A stretch of DNA of 64,000 nucleotides, taken from Candidatus Woesearchaeota archaeon. Its GTDB lineage: Archaea > Nanobdellota > Nanobdellia > Pacearchaeales > GW2011-AR1. The stretch is taken from positions 20,880-84,879 of the forward strand of contig CAYPFA010000003.1 of NCBI GenBank assembly GCA_964410025.1. Direction: 5' to 3'. Positions 62,359 to 64,000 of the stretch are shown here, piece after piece. Below the pieces are notes generated by a model. It made no database searches. It was not told the origin of the DNA and saw only the letters and a list, made by a program, of their open reading frames with translations. Made by a program: the position numbers and the translations under genes. How positions within the stretch are numbered: the first letter of the stretch is position 1; each line of letters starts with the position of its first letter.

Positions 62359-63026
62359 AATTCGTAATTCTAGATTCGGGCCCAATGATTTCCCTAACTC
62401 TAAATGGATTACTAAGCACATTAAGAAGATTAAAGGAAAAATTCCCACAGATTAATTTTATAATAACTCCTGAGGTATATAGAGAAGTCGTCGAGAAACC
62501 AATCAAAGTTAAAAAATATGAGCTAGAAGCAATTAGGGTACAAACGTTAATTGATGAAAAAGTTATTTCTCTTTCTTCTGAGTTTGTAAAAAATAATCTG
62601 CTTCAAAAAGAAACCGCAAGAATTTTGGAAATGTCTAATTCAATTATGAGAGCAGATAGGCAAAATCTTCAAATTATTCAATCTGGCGAAGCTTCTTGCG
62701 TGGCTTTTGCAAACCTATGTAATTGCGAAAACCTAATAGCTGTGGACGAAAGAGCAATCCGTCTTTTAACAGAATCTCCAGAAAATCTTAAGGCAGTTAT
62801 GGAAAGAAAACTACATATGTCTGTTTCTGTAAATCCAAAAAATTTAAGGGAATTTAAGAAATTCAGATTTATCCGTTCCGCAGAATTGGCATATGTCGCA
62901 TTAAAAAATAAACTCTATGATTTTAAACCAGATAAACAAACTTTAGACGCTATTTTGTACGGACTAAAATACGCCGGCACATCTATTTCTAGCAAAGAAA
63001 TTGAAGAGATAAAGCAATTAGTTTAA
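62355..63026 (+). CDS. Hypothetical protein
   Basis: 223-aa ORF. ATGA overlap with the previous gene. Confidence 0.3.
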   Translation: MKFVILDSGPMISLTLNGLLSTLRRLKEKFPQINFIITPEVYREVVEKPIKVKKYELEAIRVQTLIDEKVISLSSEFVKNNLLQKETARILEMSNSIMRADRQNLQIIQSGEASCVAFANLCNCENLIAVDERAIRLLTESPENLKAVMERKLHMSVSVNPKNLREFKKFRFIRSAELAYVALKNKLYDFKPDKQTLDAILYGLKYAGTSISSKEIEEIKQLV

Positions 63027-63034
63027 TTAGATTG

Positions 63035-63946
63035 TTAAAGTGGTTTTGTATTTTTTCCGAGATAAGTGTTCTTTACTAATTCATCAAATCTTCCAGAACG
63101 TATATAATTACCAACTATCAATGATGAAACCCTCAACCTTTCCCAGCTAAAGGTGCCAATTATATATGCGTCAGAAGCAATATTGATGGCATCCACGTGG
63201 AAAAAATCTCCGCCGTCAAGTTTAGAGCTTACTGCCTTAAAGACATTTTCCATGCCAAACTTTTTTACTATATATCGTGGTTCAAATTGTACAGCCGCAA
63301 AATCATCGTATGTTATCATCGTATTATTTAACAATCCCAATATTTGTTTGGAATTACATATTGTTTGAAAACCAGGAGATACTGTTCTTTGTAATAAGGC
63401 AGAAAAATAATCTTTCTGAGTAATTCTTTGACAAGAAAAGTTAGGTGTTATTAATCTTCCTCGTTCTTGTCCGCCTTGTTTGTAAATTTTAAGAAACCCT
63501 TTGAATCTATCTTCGTCAAAAGTTACGCCTTCGAACTGAAGGTATTTATCGCTTGGTTCTTCATCAGTTAAAGAATAAAGTTTCCAGTTCTCCCTTTCGC
63601 TAAGGGTGGTTCTTGTTGTTTTATTCCCAAATTTTTCTTTAAACTGTTCTGGGCTGATGACTATTTCCTCAAGCTCACCTCTTTCTATTCCGGAGTTAGG
63701 ATCATCAAATTTGAATTTCATAAATCTACTTTTACCCAGTGAACCATTAAACGTTAGTCCGTACGGCTCATTTGTTCCAATCCCAATATATACCGGTATT
63801 GCTTGCACATTACCATTTTTGTTTTTACCAGCTGCGAATTGAATGTGAATTTTTTCAGTTTCCCTGTAAAGAGGTGAATTTCCTTTCTTAAATTGGCTTG
63901 CAATTTCTTTTCCATTTATATTTAAATTTCTACACAACTCACGCAC
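63035..63946 (-). CDS. Hypothetical protein
   Basis: 303-aa ORF. Confidence 0.3.
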   Translation of the reverse strand: MRELCRNLNINGKEIASQFKKGNSPLYRETEKIHIQFAAGKNKNGNVQAIPVYIGIGTNEPYGLTFNGSLGKSRFMKFKFDDPNSGIERGELEEIVISPEQFKEKFGNKTTRTTLSERENWKLYSLTDEEPSDKYLQFEGVTFDEDRFKGFLKIYKQGGQERGRLITPNFSCQRITQKDYFSALLQRTVSPGFQTICNSKQILGLLNNTMITYDDFAAVQFEPRYIVKKFGMENVFKAVSSKLDGGDFFHVDAINIASDAYIIGTFSWERLRVSSLIVGNYIRSGRFDELVKNTYLGKNTKPL

Positions 63947-64000
63947 TTCAGTAGAGCATTTTTGTCCGTAATAAGATTCATTTAAAAAATGTGGAAATTC

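Noticed and set aside
1-64000. CRISPR arrays, rRNA genes, transposase/IS elements
   Set aside because: I scanned for regularly spaced direct repeats, rRNA-like GC-rich conserved blocks and transposase-like ORFs and found none. Only the short repeat families described above are present.

Overview
This is an AT-rich, tightly packed chromosome segment that is clearly archaeal. It encodes TBP, RNA polymerase subunits Rpo6/K, Rpo7/E', Spt4/E'' and Rpo11/L, L7Ae, the Rrp4-Rrp41-Rrp42 exosome operon, r-proteins S2, S19e, S24e, S27ae, S28e, L24e, L31e and L39e, an ATP-dependent DNA ligase, a type IA topoisomerase, RadB, a RecJ/GAN-like DHH nuclease, Mre11-Rad50, Kae1, Sua5 and a Bud32-like kinase. 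Gene overlaps (ATGA/TAATG), K/E-rich protein tails, an intron-containing tRNA with a UAU anticodon and reduced metabolism (enolase, a minimal pyruvate-kinase barrel, a standalone TrpB2) fit a small-genome DPANN-type archaeon. That lineage is an inference. Two tRNAs are present: tRNA-Glu(UUC) and an intron-containing tRNA-Ile(UAU), both on the minus strand. I found no CRISPR array and no rRNA. The most striking accessory locus is at 14.4-17.2 kb on the minus strand. It holds a radical-SAM/SPASM enzyme with an N-terminal extension, a papain/C39-like peptidase, and two paralogous small ORFs that share a conserved leader and have extremely Cys-rich cores with repeating CxC[D/N]xxC. This looks like an undescribed RiPP-type cluster sitting between housekeeping genes. 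Other points of interest are: a DNA methyltransferase plus RHH regulator plus zinc-ribbon, pilin-like and secreted-protein operon next to tRNA-Glu, with a 16-bp direct repeat of the tRNA 5' end (possible integrated element); a hairpin motif family with stem covariation flanking the rpoE-spt4-S24e-S27ae operon; a eukaryote-like RGG/GAR plus zinc-ribbon protein; a yeast-type chorismate mutase; and a Kae1-Sua5-Mre11-Rad50 gene string.
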